DNA of 32,000 nt from Bacillus subtilis subsp. subtilis str. 168 (GCF_000009045.1 NC_000964.3:1770001-1802000), one strand, 5' to 3'; counted from the first letter of the stretch, positions 1-11,868 are shown. The notes: generated by a model not told the origin, from the sequence alone. Program-made: numbers and translations.

Positions 1-195
1 TTGAGAGAGCGAGGAGCCGCCGAGATTCAAGCGATCGGAGCGGGTGCATTAAACCAGGCTGTAAAAGCTGTGGCGATTGCCAGGGGATTTGTGGCGCCAA
101 GCGGCGTTGATTTGATTTGTATTCCGGCTTTTACAGATATTCAAATCGATGGGGAAGAAAGAACAGCGATTAAATTAATCGTGGAGCCTCGCTAA
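1..195 (+). CDS. spoVS: Stage V sporulation protein S, C-terminal part (5' truncated by window edge)
   Basis: Translation ...GAAEIQAIGAGALNQAVKAVAIARGFVAPSGVDLICIPAFTDIQIDGEERTAIKLIVEPR is the conserved SpoVS C-terminus; TAA at 193-195. Confidence 0.95.
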   Translation: MRERGAAEIQAIGAGALNQAVKAVAIARGFVAPSGVDLICIPAFTDIQIDGEERTAIKLIVEPR

Positions 196-213
196 AAACA
201 AATAAAGCATTCT

Positions 214-247
214 CAACCTGTTTGCGTAATGCAAACAGGTTGTTTTT
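214..247 (+). terminator. Rho-independent terminator after spoVS
   Basis: CAACCTGTTTGC-gtaat-GCAAACAGGTTG followed by TTTTT. Confidence 0.9.
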
Positions 248-395
248 CATTTATTGTGATATTTTCTCCCGATAGTATTTTTAGCACATAAATGAGCGAA
301 TATACAAAATCAGAAATGAGCTAAAACGTTTCAAAAAAAATTTCCGCCCATTTTTCAAGACAGATACTTTTGTCCTTCTGGAAAAGACAGTTCTG

Positions 396-424
396 TTTAC
401 GCTTATTCCATATCATGGTACAAT
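396..424 (+). promoter_or_regulatory. Candidate sigma-A promoter for tdh-kbl
   Basis: TTTACG (396-401), 17-bp spacer, extended TGG-TACAAT (419-424), upstream of the tdh RBS. Confidence 0.55.
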
Positions 425-460
425 CCGAATATAACAAGAATTTTTCAAGGAGGATTGTAC

Positions 461-1504
461 ATGCAGAGTGGAAAGATGAAAGCTCTAATGAAAAAGGACG
501 GGGCGTTCGGTGCTGTGCTGACTGAAGTTCCCATTCCTGAGATTGATAAACATGAAGTCCTCATAAAAGTGAAAGCCGCTTCCATATGCGGCACGGATGT
601 CCACATTTATAATTGGGATCAATGGGCACGTCAGAGAATCAAAACACCCTATGTTTTCGGCCATGAGTTCAGCGGCATCGTAGAGGGCGTGGGAGAGAAT
701 GTCAGCAGTGTAAAAGTGGGAGAGTATGTGTCTGCGGAAACACACATTGTCTGTGGTGAATGTGTCCCTTGCCTAACAGGAAAATCTCATGTGTGTACCA
801 ATACTGCTATAATCGGAGTGGACACGGCAGGCTGTTTTGCGGAGTATGTAAAAGTTCCAGCTGATAACATTTGGAGAAATCCCGCTGATATGGACCCGTC
901 GATTGCTTCCATTCAAGAGCCTTTAGGAAATGCAGTTCATACCGTACTCGAGAGCCAGCCTGCAGGAGGAACGACTGCAGTCATTGGATGCGGACCGATT
1001 GGTCTTATGGCTGTTGCGGTTGCAAAAGCAGCAGGAGCTTCTCAGGTGATAGCGATTGATAAGAATGAATACAGGCTGAGGCTTGCAAAACAAATGGGAG
1101 CGACTTGTACTGTTTCTATTGAAAAAGAAGACCCGCTCAAAATTGTAAGCGCTTTAACGAGTGGAGAAGGAGCAGATCTTGTTTGTGAGATGTCGGGCCA
1201 TCCCTCAGCGATTGCCCAAGGTCTTGCGATGGCTGCGAATGGCGGAAGATTTCATATTCTCAGCTTGCCGGAACATCCGGTGACAATTGATTTGACGAAT
1301 AAAGTGGTATTTAAAGGGCTTACCATCCAAGGAATCACAGGAAGAAAAATGTTTTCAACATGGCGCCAGGTGTCTCAGTTGATCAGTTCAAACATGATCG
1401 ATCTTGCACCTGTTATTACCCATCAGTTTCCATTAGAGGAGTTTGAAAAAGGTTTCGAACTGATGAGAAGCGGGCAGTGCGGAAAAGTAATTTTAATTCC
1501 ATAA
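461..1504 (+). CDS. tdh: L-threonine 3-dehydrogenase (zinc-dependent MDR family), 347 aa
   Basis: GHEFSG, zinc-ligand region CGECVPCLTGKSHVC and Rossmann GCGPIGL motifs; ATG 461 follows an AAGGAGG RBS (the ORF-track start 455 is an upstream TTG); adjacent to kbl. Confidence 0.95.
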   Translation: MQSGKMKALMKKDGAFGAVLTEVPIPEIDKHEVLIKVKAASICGTDVHIYNWDQWARQRIKTPYVFGHEFSGIVEGVGENVSSVKVGEYVSAETHIVCGECVPCLTGKSHVCTNTAIIGVDTAGCFAEYVKVPADNIWRNPADMDPSIASIQEPLGNAVHTVLESQPAGGTTAVIGCGPIGLMAVAVAKAAGASQVIAIDKNEYRLRLAKQMGATCTVSIEKEDPLKIVSALTSGEGADLVCEMSGHPSAIAQGLAMAANGGRFHILSLPEHPVTIDLTNKVVFKGLTIQGITGRKMFSTWRQVSQLISSNMIDLAPVITHQFPLEEFEKGFELMRSGQCGKVILIP

Positions 1505-1516
1505 AGGGGGATAAAC

Positions 1517-2695
1517 ATGACGAAGGAATTTGAGTTTTTAAAAGCAGAGCTTAATAGTATGAAAGAAAACCATACATGGCAAGACATAAAACAGCTTGAA
1601 TCTATGCAGGGCCCATCTGTCACAGTGAATCACCAAAAAGTCATTCAGCTATCTTCTAATAATTACCTCGGATTCACTTCACATCCTAGACTCATCAACG
1701 CCGCACAGGAGGCCGTTCAGCAGTATGGAGCCGGCACCGGATCAGTGAGAACGATTGCGGGTACATTTACAATGCATCAAGAGCTTGAGAAAAAGCTGGC
1801 AGCCTTTAAAAAAACGGAGGCGGCACTTGTATTCCAATCAGGCTTCACAACAAACCAAGGCGTACTTTCAAGTATTCTATCAAAAGAGGACATTGTCATC
1901 TCAGATGAATTGAACCATGCCTCTATTATTGACGGAATTCGACTGACAAAGGCGGATAAAAAGGTGTATCAGCACGTCAATATGAGTGATTTAGAGCGGG
2001 TGCTGAGAAAGTCAATGAATTATCGGATGCGTCTGATTGTGACAGACGGCGTATTTTCCATGGATGGCAACATAGCTCCTCTGCCTGATATTGTAGAGCT
2101 CGCTGAGAAATATGACGCATTTGTGATGGTGGATGACGCCCATGCATCCGGAGTACTTGGCGAAAACGGCAGGGGAACGGTGAATCACTTCGGTCTTGAC
2201 GGCAGAGTGCATATTCAGGTCGGAACATTAAGCAAGGCAATCGGAGTGCTCGGCGGCTACGCTGCAGGTTCAAAGGTGCTGATCGATTATTTGCGCCATA
2301 AAGGCCGTCCATTTTTATTCAGCACATCTCATCCGCCGGCAGTCACTGCAGCTTGTATGGAAGCGATTGATGTCTTGCTTGAAGAGCCGGAGCATATGGA
2401 GCGCTTGTGGGAGAATACTGCCTATTTTAAAGCAATGCTTGTGAAAATGGGTCTGACTCTCACGAAGAGTGAAACGCCGATTCTTCCTATTTTAATAGGT
2501 GATGAAGGTGTGGCAAAGCAATTTTCAGATCAGCTCCTTTCTCGCGGTGTTTTTGCCCAAAGTATCGTTTTCCCGACTGTAGCAAAGGGAAAAGCCAGAA
2601 TTCGCACGATTATAACAGCAGAGCACACCAAAGATGAACTGGATCAGGCGCTTGATGTCATCGAAAAGACGGCAAAGGAGCTCCAGCTATTGTAA
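1517..2695 (+). CDS. kbl: Glycine C-acetyltransferase (2-amino-3-ketobutyrate CoA ligase), PLP-dependent, 392 aa
   Basis: PLP alpha-oxoamine synthase motifs (NNYLGFTSHP, VDDAHASGVLG, GTLSKAIGVLGG); GGGGG RBS upstream; follows tdh. Confidence 0.95.
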   Translation: MTKEFEFLKAELNSMKENHTWQDIKQLESMQGPSVTVNHQKVIQLSSNNYLGFTSHPRLINAAQEAVQQYGAGTGSVRTIAGTFTMHQELEKKLAAFKKTEAALVFQSGFTTNQGVLSSILSKEDIVISDELNHASIIDGIRLTKADKKVYQHVNMSDLERVLRKSMNYRMRLIVTDGVFSMDGNIAPLPDIVELAEKYDAFVMVDDAHASGVLGENGRGTVNHFGLDGRVHIQVGTLSKAIGVLGGYAAGSKVLIDYLRHKGRPFLFSTSHPPAVTAACMEAIDVLLEEPEHMERLWENTAYFKAMLVKMGLTLTKSETPILPILIGDEGVAKQFSDQLLSRGVFAQSIVFPTVAKGKARIRTIITAEHTKDELDQALDVIEKTAKELQLL

Positions 2696-2696
2696 C

Positions 2697-2724
2697 AAGA
2701 GGAAGAGTTTACTCTTCCTCTTTT
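2697..2724 (+). terminator. Rho-independent terminator after kbl
   Basis: AAGAGGAAGAG-ttta-CTCTTCCTCTT with T run. Confidence 0.85.
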
Positions 2725-2733
2725 GATTCCTTA

Positions 2734-2762
2734 TTGATTATTATTCTCAATGAGTGTACAAT
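2734..2762 (+). promoter_or_regulatory. Candidate sigma-A promoter for miaB-ricA
   Basis: TTGATT (2734-2739), 17-bp spacer, TACAAT (2757-2762). Confidence 0.55.
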
Positions 2763-2842
2763 GATAGGTTGCCAGTTGTGCAGAGCTTCAATAACCTTTA
2801 TACTGAAGGGTGGAAGTTTGGTTTGAAAGGAGAAAATATGAC

Positions 2843-4372
2843 ATGAATGAAAAACAAAAATTAGAGAGCGGACAAGTTCATCCATCGGACAAAAAATCCG
2901 AGAAGGATTACAGCAAGTACTTTGAAGCTGTTTACATTCCGCCTTCTTTAAAAGACGCGAAAAAACGAGGCAAGGAAGCCGTTACTTATCATAATGACTT
3001 TAAAATTTCTGAACAATTTAAAGGATTGGGAGACGGAAGAAAGTTCTATATCCGTACGTACGGCTGCCAAATGAATGAACACGATACAGAGGTTATGGCA
3101 GGGATCTTTATGGCGCTCGGTTACGAAGCGACAAACTCTGTTGACGATGCCAATGTCATTTTGTTAAATACATGTGCAATCCGTGAAAATGCTGAAAACA
3201 AGGTGTTTGGTGAGCTCGGGCACTTAAAAGCACTGAAAAAAAACAATCCCGATCTGATTTTAGGCGTGTGCGGCTGTATGTCCCAAGAGGAATCAGTCGT
3301 GAACCGTATTTTGAAAAAACATCCGTTTGTCGATATGATTTTCGGAACGCATAACATTCATCGCCTGCCGGAGCTTTTGTCAGAAGCATACCTTTCAAAA
3401 GAAATGGTTGTAGAAGTTTGGTCTAAGGAAGGGGACGTTATTGAAAACCTTCCAAAAGTCCGAAATGGAAAAATTAAGGGCTGGGTCAATATCATGTACG
3501 GCTGTGACAAATTCTGTACGTATTGCATTGTGCCTTACACACGCGGAAAAGAAAGAAGCCGCCGCCCTGAGGATATCATTCAGGAAGTGAGAAGGCTCGC
3601 AAGTGAAGGCTATAAGGAAATTACTCTGTTAGGCCAAAACGTAAACGCGTATGGAAAAGACTTTGAAGATATGACGTACGGACTTGGTGATTTGATGGAT
3701 GAACTGAGAAAAATCGATATCCCGAGAATCCGTTTTACAACGAGTCATCCGCGCGACTTTGACGACCGCCTCATTGAAGTGCTGGCAAAAGGCGGAAATC
3801 TGCTTGATCACATTCATCTTCCGGTTCAATCAGGAAGCTCAGAAGTTCTCAAGCTGATGGCCCGCAAATATGACAGAGAGCGTTACATGGAGCTGGTGCG
3901 AAAAATTAAAGAAGCAATGCCAAACGCTTCTTTGACAACGGACATTATCGTCGGATTTCCAAATGAAACGGACGAACAGTTTGAAGAAACGCTTTCTCTA
4001 TACCGTGAAGTGGAGTTTGACAGCGCCTATACGTTCATTTACTCTCCGCGTGAAGGCACTCCGGCTGCTAAGATGAAAGATAATGTACCGATGCGTGTGA
4101 AAAAAGAACGCCTGCAGCGTCTAAACGCACTGGTGAATGAAATTTCTGCTAAAAAAATGAAGGAATACGAAGGCAAGGTTGTCGAAGTATTAGTTGAGGG
4201 TGAAAGCAAAAATAACCCTGATATTCTTGCTGGCTATACTGAAAAAAGCAAGCTTGTCAATTTCAAAGGGCCGAAGGAAGCCATCGGCAAAATCGTCCGC
4301 GTGAAAATCCAGCAAGCGAAAACATGGTCGCTTGACGGAGAAATGGTAGGAGAAGCAATCGAGGTGAAATGA
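2843..4372 (+). CDS. miaB: tRNA-2-methylthio-N6-dimethylallyladenosine synthase (radical SAM methylthiotransferase), 509 aa
   Basis: N-terminal YGCQMNEHD domain, radical [21 protein letters not shown]-terminal TRAM; AAGGAG RBS before ATG 2843 (track start 2810 is an upstream alternative). Confidence 0.94.
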   Translation: MNEKQKLESGQVHPSDKKSEKDYSKYFEAVYIPPSLKDAKKRGKEAVTYHNDFKISEQFKGLGDGRKFYIRTYGCQMNEHDTEVMAGIFMALGYEATNSVDDANVILLNTCAIRENAENKVFGELGHLKALKKNNPDLILGVCGCMSQEESVVNRILKKHPFVDMIFGTHNIHRLPELLSEAYLSKEMVVEVWSKEGDVIENLPKVRNGKIKGWVNIMYGCDKFCTYCIVPYTRGKERSRRPEDIIQEVRRLASEGYKEITLLGQNVNAYGKDFEDMTYGLGDLMDELRKIDIPRIRFTTSHPRDFDDRLIEVLAKGGNLLDHIHLPVQSGSSEVLKLMARKYDRERYMELVRKIKEAMPNASLTTDIIVGFPNETDEQFEETLSLYREVEFDSAYTFIYSPREGTPAAKMKDNVPMRVKKERLQRLNALVNEISAKKMKEYEGKVVEVLVEGESKNNPDILAGYTEKSKLVNFKGPKEAIGKIVRVKIQQAKTWSLDGEMVGEAIEVK

Positions 4373-4373
4373 G

Positions 4374-4805
4374 ATGACGCTCTACTCAAAAAAAGACATT
4401 GTGCAGCAGGCTCGAAACCTTGCAAAAATGATTTCTGAAACAGAAGAGGTTGATTTTTTCAAACGGGCTGAAGCGCAAATCAATGAGAATGACAAAGTGT
4501 CCACAATCGTTAATCAGATTAAAGCCCTGCAAAAGCAGGCTGTCAATCTGAAGCATTATGAAAAGCATGAAGCGCTCAAACAAGTAGAAGCAAAAATTGA
4601 CGCGCTGCAAGAAGAGCTTGAAGAGATTCCTGTTATCCAGGAATTCAGAGACTCGCAAATGGAAGTAAATGACCTACTGCAGCTCGTTGCACACACCATT
4701 TCCAACCAAGTCACAAATGAAATCATCACATCAACCGGAGGCGACCTGCTGAAAGGGGAAACCGGTTCAAAGGTGAAGCATTCAAATAACAGCTGTTCTC
4801 TCTAA
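4374..4805 (+). CDS. ymcA: RicA/YmcA family protein (YlbF/YmcA; biofilm/competence/sporulation and mRNA-maturation factor), 143 aa
   Basis: MTLYSKKDIVQQARNLAKMISETEEVDFFKRAEAQ... recognised as YmcA; starts one base after the miaB stop. Confidence 0.92.
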   Translation: MTLYSKKDIVQQARNLAKMISETEEVDFFKRAEAQINENDKVSTIVNQIKALQKQAVNLKHYEKHEALKQVEAKIDALQEELEEIPVIQEFRDSQMEVNDLLQLVAHTISNQVTNEIITSTGGDLLKGETGSKVKHSNNSCSL

Positions 4806-4837
4806 ACACGGTGCCTTTACAGGCCCGTGTTTTTTTA
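4806..4837 (+). terminator. Rho-independent terminator after ymcA
   Basis: ACACGGTGCC-tttac-aGGCCCGTGT followed by TTTTTT. Confidence 0.85.
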
Positions 4838-4937
4838 TCATTTGTGCGGTTAAAAATGAACTAAATAATCTATGTACCAAATGTTCAATTGGTTTTTCTG
4901 TGCTCAGCCGCGTATAAACTTTATCGCACTTATAAGT

Positions 4938-4966
4938 AAAGTTTCTAGGCACCCCTGCATACAATG
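4938..4966 (+). promoter_or_regulatory. Candidate sigma-E promoter of cotE (P1-like)
   Basis: CATACAAT (4959-4966) is a sigma-E-type -10; TAAAGTT (4938-4944) 14 bp upstream is a 5/7 match to kmATATT. cotE is known to have a sigma-E and a sigma-K promoter. Confidence 0.5.
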
Positions 4967-5008
4967 GAACAGAAACTTTGTATTTTTATATTTTATTTAT
5001 AAAAATGC

Positions 5009-5035
5009 ACACTAGACAAATGCCCAGCATAAGAT
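5009..5035 (+). promoter_or_regulatory. Candidate sigma-K promoter of cotE (P2-like)
   Basis: gcAC (ending 5010), 17 bp, CATAAGAT (5028-5035) matches the sigma-K pattern AC-N16/17-CATAnnnT. Confidence 0.6.
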
Positions 5036-5066
5036 AACACGAAGAAGAACAAGGAGGCATGCCGGA

Positions 5067-5612
5067 ATGTCTGAATACAGGGAAATTATTACGAAGGCAG
5101 TAGTAGCGAAAGGCCGAAAATTCACCCAATGCACCAACACCATCTCGCCTGAGAAAAAACCGAGCAGCATTTTGGGTGGTTGGATTATTAACCACAAGTA
5201 TGACGCTGAAAAAATTGGAAAAACGGTAGAAATTGAAGGGTATTATGATATAAACGTATGGTACTCTTACGCGGACAACACAAAGACAGAGGTTGTCACA
5301 GAACGGGTAAAATATGTAGATGTCATTAAACTCAGATACAGAGACAATAATTACTTAGATGATGAGCATGAAGTGATTGCCAAAGTGCTTCAGCAGCCAA
5401 ACTGCCTTGAAGTGACCATTTCGCCGAATGGAAATAAAATCGTTGTGCAGGCAGAAAGAGAATTTTTGGCGGAAGTGGTAGGGGAAACAAAGGTAGTTGT
5501 TGAGGTCAATCCTGACTGGGAAGAGGATGACGAGGAAGATTGGGAAGATGAGCTTGATGAAGAGCTTGAAGACATCAACCCGGAGTTTTTAGTGGGAGAT
5601 CCTGAAGAATAA
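5067..5612 (+). CDS. cotE: Outer spore coat morphogenetic protein CotE, 181 aa
   Basis: [43 protein letters not shown]... with very acidic C-terminus; AAGGAGGC RBS. Confidence 0.96.
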
Positions 5613-5653
5613 AAAAGGGACTAGGGGAGACAGTACCCCCAAGTCTCTTTTTT
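5613..5653 (+). terminator. Rho-independent terminator after cotE
   Basis: AAAGGGACT(ag)GGGG...CCCCcaAGTCTCTTTTTT stem with T run. Confidence 0.75.
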
Positions 5654-5670
5654 ATATTGATATATCATTC

Positions 5671-5698
5671 TTTTATCACTTTTTGTTTATGTTATAAT
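5671..5698 (+). promoter_or_regulatory. Candidate sigma-A extended -10 promoter for mutS-mutL
   Basis: TGtTATAAT (5690-5698) with a weak T-rich -35 region upstream. Confidence 0.5.
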
Positions 5699-5744
5699 GA
5701 AGGTTGGAAAATAGAAACGTTGATACATAGTGAGGGATTAAACA

Positions 5745-8321
5745 ATGGCCGGTTATACGCCTATGATACAGCAATATTTAAAAATAAAGGCAGAGCACCA
5801 GGATGCCTTTTTATTTTTTCGCCTGGGTGATTTTTATGAAATGTTTTTTGAGGACGCCAAAAAAGCGTCACAAGAGCTGGAAATTACGTTAACGAGCAGA
5901 GACGGCGGTGCGGCTGAAAAAATACCGATGTGCGGTGTGCCGTATCATTCTGCTTCCGCGTATATCGAACAGCTTATTAAAAAAGGATACAAAGTGGCGA
6001 TCTGTGAACAGACGGAAGATCCGAAAGCCGCAAAGGGCGTTGTGAAAAGAGAAGTAGTTCAGCTGATTACGCCCGGAACTGTAATGGACGGCAAAGGCAT
6101 CCATGAGTCGGAAAATAATTTTATCGCATCTGTTTCAGCCTGCTCGAACGGATACGGACTTGCTCTGTCTGATTTAACAACGGGAGAAAATTTGGCTGTT
6201 TTGATTGAACGGCTTGAAGACGTCATATCAGAAATTTATTCAGTCGGCGCACGGGAAATCGTGGTTTCAGGAAGCTTGGATGCCGATACAGTGGCACAGC
6301 TGAGAGAGCGGTGCGGTGCAACGATTTCAATTGAAGACGGAGAAACAGACGAACACGTAACGATCATTGAGCACTTAAATAATGAAGATATAACAAAAAC
6401 ATTTCTGCGCTTATATACGTATTTGAAAAGAACCCAAAAGCGCAGCCTTGATCATCTTCAGCCCGTGCAGGTGTATGAGCTTGAGGAAGCGATGAAAATT
6501 GACTTGTACTCAAAGCGTAATCTGGAGCTGACCGAAACGATTCGTTCGAAAAATAAAAAAGGCTCCCTTTTGTGGCTGCTGGATGAAACAAAAACGGCAA
6601 TGGGAGGCCGGCTACTTAAACAGTGGATTGACCGGCCGCTTATCAGAGTCAATCAAATCGAAGAGCGCCAAGAAATGGTGGAAACATTAATGTCCCATTT
6701 CTTTGAACGGGAAGATCTGCGTGAACGTTTAAAAGAAGTATATGACTTAGAACGCCTTGCCGGCCGCGTTGCATTCGGAAATGTCAATGCCCGGGATTTG
6801 ATTCAGCTGAAGGAATCGTTAAAGCAAGTGCCTGGCATCAAACAGCTGGTTGCTTCACTGGCTCATGACAAGGCCAAGGAACGTGCAAAGCGCATTGACC
6901 CTTGCGGGGATGTACTTGAACTGCTGGAAGAAGCGCTGTACGAAAACCCTCCTTTATCGGTAAAAGAAGGGAACCTGATTAAAGATGGTTATAATCAAAA
7001 GCTTGATGAATATCGTGATGCAAGCAGAAACGGAAAAGACTGGATTGCCCGCCTGGAACAGCAGGAGCGGGAATACACAGGCATTCGCTCTTTAAAGGTC
7101 GGCTTTAATAAAGTTTTCGGTTATTACATTGAAGTGACAAAAGCAAACTTGCATTTGCTTGAGGAAGGGCGTTATGAGCGGAAGCAGACGTTAACCAATG
7201 CAGAGCGCTACATTACACCTGAATTAAAAGAAAAAGAAGCGCTCATTTTAGAGGCGGAAAATAACATCTGTGAGCTGGAGTACGAGCTGTTTACCGAGCT
7301 GCGCGAGAAAGTGAAGCAGTATATTCCGCGGCTGCAGCAGCTTGCAAAACAGATGAGCGAGCTGGACGCACTGCAATGCTTTGCGACAATCAGTGAAAAT
7401 CGCCACTACACGAAACCAGAGTTCTCTAAAGATGAAGTCGAAGTGATTGAAGGCAGACACCCGGTTGTTGAAAAAGTCATGGACAGCCAGGAATATGTCC
7501 CGAACAACTGTATGATGGGCGATAACAGACAAATGCTTCTCATTACAGGTCCAAACATGTCAGGGAAAAGCACGTATATGAGACAAATCGCGCTCATTTC
7601 CATTATGGCGCAAATCGGCTGCTTTGTACCCGCGAAAAAAGCGGTGCTCCCGATTTTCGATCAAATTTTTACGCGAATCGGCGCTGCAGATGATTTGATT
7701 TCCGGACAAAGTACATTTATGGTAGAAATGCTTGAAGCGAAAAATGCGATTGTCAATGCGACGAAAAACAGCCTCATTCTGTTTGATGAAATCGGGCGGG
7801 GAACGTCCACTTATGACGGCATGGCGCTGGCACAGGCGATTATTGAATATGTTCACGATCATATCGGCGCCAAGACGCTGTTCAGCACACACTATCACGA
7901 GCTGACCGTTCTTGAGGACAAGCTGCCCCAGCTGAAAAACGTTCATGTTCGCGCTGAAGAATATAACGGAACGGTTGTCTTTCTTCATCAAATTAAAGAA
8001 GGTGCGGCTGATAAAAGCTATGGTATCCATGTAGCTCAGCTTGCCGAACTGCCGGGAGATCTGATTGCGCGCGCTCAAGATATTTTAAAAGAGCTTGAGC
8101 ATTCAGGAAACAAACCGGAAGTGCCGGTGCAGAAACCTCAGGTGAAAGAAGAGCCGGCACAGCTGTCCTTTTTTGACGAAGCGGAAAAGCCGGCTGAAAC
8201 ACCAAAGCTTTCAAAAAAAGAAAAGCAAGTGATCGATGCTTTCAAATCACTTAATATACTGGATATGACACCGCTTGAAGCGATGAATGAAATGTACAAG
8301 CTGCAAAAGAAATTACATTAA
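5745..8321 (+). CDS. mutS: DNA mismatch repair protein MutS, 858 aa
   Basis: [11 protein letters not shown] mismatch-recognition motif, Walker [24 protein letters not shown]-terminal QLSFF beta-clamp-binding motif. Confidence 0.98.
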   Translation: MAGYTPMIQQYLKIKAEHQDAFLFFRLGDFYEMFFEDAKKASQELEITLTSRDGGAAEKIPMCGVPYHSASAYIEQLIKKGYKVAICEQTEDPKAAKGVVKREVVQLITPGTVMDGKGIHESENNFIASVSACSNGYGLALSDLTTGENLAVLIERLEDVISEIYSVGAREIVVSGSLDADTVAQLRERCGATISIEDGETDEHVTIIEHLNNEDITKTFLRLYTYLKRTQKRSLDHLQPVQVYELEEAMKIDLYSKRNLELTETIRSKNKKGSLLWLLDETKTAMGGRLLKQWIDRPLIRVNQIEERQEMVETLMSHFFEREDLRERLKEVYDLERLAGRVAFGNVNARDLIQLKESLKQVPGIKQLVASLAHDKAKERAKRIDPCGDVLELLEEALYENPPLSVKEGNLIKDGYNQKLDEYRDASRNGKDWIARLEQQEREYTGIRSLKVGFNKVFGYYIEVTKANLHLLEEGRYERKQTLTNAERYITPELKEKEALILEAENNICELEYELFTELREKVKQYIPRLQQLAKQMSELDALQCFATISENRHYTKPEFSKDEVEVIEGRHPVVEKVMDSQEYVPNNCMMGDNRQMLLITGPNMSGKSTYMRQIALISIMAQIGCFVPAKKAVLPIFDQIFTRIGAADDLISGQSTFMVEMLEAKNAIVNATKNSLILFDEIGRGTSTYDGMALAQAIIEYVHDHIGAKTLFSTHYHELTVLEDKLPQLKNVHVRAEEYNGTVVFLHQIKEGAADKSYGIHVAQLAELPGDLIARAQDILKELEHSGNKPEVPVQKPQVKEEPAQLSFFDEAEKPAETPKLSKKEKQVIDAFKSLNILDMTPLEAMNEMYKLQKKLH

Positions 8322-10220
<1,899 letters not shown>

Positions 10221-10232
10221 CGGGGGTGGTAG

Positions 10233-10270
10233 GCATTGATCCATTCTCTGAATGGATCAATGCTTTTTTT
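10233..10270 (+). terminator. Strong rho-independent terminator after mutL
   Basis: 14-bp perfect stem GCATTGATCCATTC-tct-GAATGGATCAATGC followed by TTTTTTT. Confidence 0.95.
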
Positions 10271-10368
10271 GTACTCCTTCGAGTGTCAGATTATAAGAAA
10301 CGGTTGTAAACGTGTGAGCAGTGTTAACGCATTATACTTCATGGTTCCTCCGTATAACAAAATTTCCA

Positions 10369-10397
10369 TTTACAGGCAATTGGGATTAATGTATATT
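10369..10397 (+). promoter_or_regulatory. Candidate sigma-A promoter for small transcript
   Basis: TTTACA (10369-10374), 17-bp spacer, TATATT (10392-10397). Confidence 0.45.
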
Positions 10398-10419
10398 TTG
10401 GGTGAGGGGGTGGAAACAT

Positions 10420-10503
10420 ATGGCATGTGGTCCGAAGATCATTATCTTTTTGGATGAACTTGATGATCCAAATGTGAGAATCATTTTAGAATGCAGAATT
10501 TAA
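10420..10503 (+). CDS. Possible small protein, 27 aa: MACGPKIIIFLDELDDPNVRIILECRI
   Basis: ATG at 10420 preceded by GAGGGGG (10404-10410), TAA 10501-10503, then a strong terminator 20 nt downstream. Not in the supplied ORF track because of size. Confidence 0.35.
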   Translation: MACGPKIIIFLDELDDPNVRIILECRI

Positions 10504-10522
10504 ATTACAACATTGTGTTTTG

Positions 10523-10553
10523 CTCCCTGTTCGTGTGAACAGGGAGATTTTTT
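10523..10553 (+). terminator. Rho-independent terminator (+ orientation)
   Basis: CTCCCTGTTC-gtgt-GAACAGGGAG followed by ATTTTTTC. Confidence 0.85.
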
Positions 10554-10617
10554 CGTTTATATAACTGGTGATGTCCAAATATAGGGTGTTATGAATTTTC
10601 CATATCTGCCATCGGCT

Positions 10618-11073
10618 TTAAGCTGCTTCTCTATTAGGCTGGTTATCAAAAGCAAGTTCAATGATAGCCATGAAAGCTGATATCACAACAAGCAAGACAT
10701 CTGGAATATAAATAGACTGCATAAAGTAATCTGCAAAACAGATCGTTATAAGATTGCTGATAAAATACAGTATAAAAGCAAAAAGTGCAGTCTTTTTCAA
10801 TGAAAGTGATTTTGCCAAAATGATAGAGATAATCTTTGTGAGTGGGTCTATGATTAAACCTACAGCAAAGCAGGCTAAAATAAATAAAGCTAATGTTTGA
10901 TTGGAAGCGTATGTGATGCCAAGTATGGAGAATAAGCCTTTCATCCCGAAGAAAAAGCCGCCGAAGATGACTGCAAGCGCGATGGCCGCGATAAAAGTAA
11001 TAGATACAATTCCGATTAATTTTGATCTCAGGTTAAAATCTTTAGAGTGCTCGTTCTGTTCTTTTTGGTTCAT
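10618..11073 (-). CDS. ymzD: YmzD-like uncharacterised integral membrane protein, 150 aa from the internal ATG (ORF extends to 11103)
   Basis: Four hydrophobic stretches (LIGIVSITFIAAIALAVIFGG, TLALFILACFAVGLIID, TALFAFILYFISNLITI, VLLVVISAFMAIIEL); AAGGGAGTG RBS upstream of MNQKEQ. Confidence 0.75.
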   Translation of the reverse strand: MNQKEQNEHSKDFNLRSKLIGIVSITFIAAIALAVIFGGFFFGMKGLFSILGITYASNQTLALFILACFAVGLIIDPLTKIISIILAKSLSLKKTALFAFILYFISNLITICFADYFMQSIYIPDVLLVVISAFMAIIELAFDNQPNREAA

Positions 11074-11183
11074 GTATGACACTCCCTTCACCTGCTTACT
11101 CATACAAACAGCACCCTTGAATCAGCCCAAAATATCTATAAGTCTGTTTTCTGACGAAAATAGTATAGCATATTTTAACAAAA

Positions 11184-11220
11184 CCAAAAAAGGCCCTTTC
11201 CACTGGGGAAGGGCCTTTTT
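11184..11220 (-). terminator. Rho-independent terminator after ymcC (minus strand; nearly symmetric)
   Basis: AAAAAGGCCCTTTCC-actg-GGGAAGGGCCTTTTT; reads with a T run on the minus strand immediately after the ymcC stop. Confidence 0.85.
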
Positions 11221-11227
11221 CATCATG

Positions 11228-11785
11228 TTAACTCCTGAGATTCGCCGAAGCTTTCTCTTTTTTTGGCCAAATAAAATAGCTGGCTGTAATGAGAAAGTCA
11301 ATGCCTATAATGACAGTCCACAGTTTAAGAATGCCGCTCAACGCCTCGGTTCGGGAAGAGTCATTGATAAAATAGATCATCCCTGCCAATAGTCCCGCAC
11401 CAATTAAGTAGGCCAGCACATGTCTTAGCCAGCCTTTCGCACCGTGCTTGGCATGGTCCATTCCAAAACGTTTCAGCGGTTTTGTTCCTTTTTTTGTCAC
11501 ATAATATTGAAACTTTTCATCTGCCCATTGAATCATTTGTTTCCCATAAGCGATCGATATACCGATGTAAACAGCTGCAATCCCATGGGCTGCGGTCGCT
11601 GAGGCTCCGCGGTAAAGGTCCACACCAGTTGCCGCTAACAAGATCAAATCGATAACTGGAGTTAAGGCAAGGAATAGCAGTCCTAATGTATGTCGTTTGA
11701 ATACGTAGCGTACAGCAAGCCCCAAAACAATGACAACCCAAAACGCAATTTCACAGAAAACAATCATCCATGCGATACCGTTCAA
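11228..11785 (-). CDS. ymcC: YmcC-like uncharacterised integral membrane protein, 185 aa
   Basis: Multiple hydrophobic segments, RBS AAGAGGGGA upstream on minus strand; divergently oriented to pksA. Confidence 0.85.
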   Translation of the reverse strand: MNGIAWMIVFCEIAFWVVIVLGLAVRYVFKRHTLGLLFLALTPVIDLILLAATGVDLYRGASATAAHGIAAVYIGISIAYGKQMIQWADEKFQYYVTKKGTKPLKRFGMDHAKHGAKGWLRHVLAYLIGAGLLAGMIYFINDSSRTEALSGILKLWTVIIGIDFLITASYFIWPKKEKASANLRS

Positions 11786-11802
11786 TCCATTCCCCTCTTT
11801 TC

Positions 11803-11816
11803 AATACAGTTGTATT
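11803..11816. promoter_or_regulatory. Putative operator 1: perfect-arm palindrome AATACA-GT-TGTATT
   Basis: 6-bp perfect inverted half sites around 2 bp; located in the ymcC leader side of the ymcC/pksA intergenic region. Confidence 0.55.
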
Positions 11817-11839
11817 ATTTAAATAATATGTTACCATCT

Positions 11840-11868
11840 TTGTTTTTGTAACACAACTGTATTATAAA
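11840..11868 (+). promoter_or_regulatory. Candidate pksA sigma-A promoter overlapped by operator 2
   Basis: TTGTTT (11840-11845), 17 bp, TATAAA (11863-11868). Confidence 0.45.
11850..11863. promoter_or_regulatory. Putative operator 2: AACACA-AC-TGTATT (one arm mismatch relative to operator 1)
   Basis: Inverted copy of 11803-11813: AATACAGTTGT versus ACAACTGTATT is an exact 11-bp reverse complement; sits between the candidate -35 and -10 of pksA. Confidence 0.55.

Noticed and set aside
7560-8078. 172-codon minus-strand ORF
   Set aside because: Antisense to the highly conserved MutS ATPase domain; no RBS or family signal.
10236-10457. 73-codon + ORF just after mutL
   Set aside because: Its start lies inside the mutL terminator stem and it overlaps the better-supported promoter/RBS/27-codon unit.
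10901-11392. 163-codon + ORF
   Set aside because: Antisense to ymzD and the ymcC 3' end and crosses their intergenic terminator.
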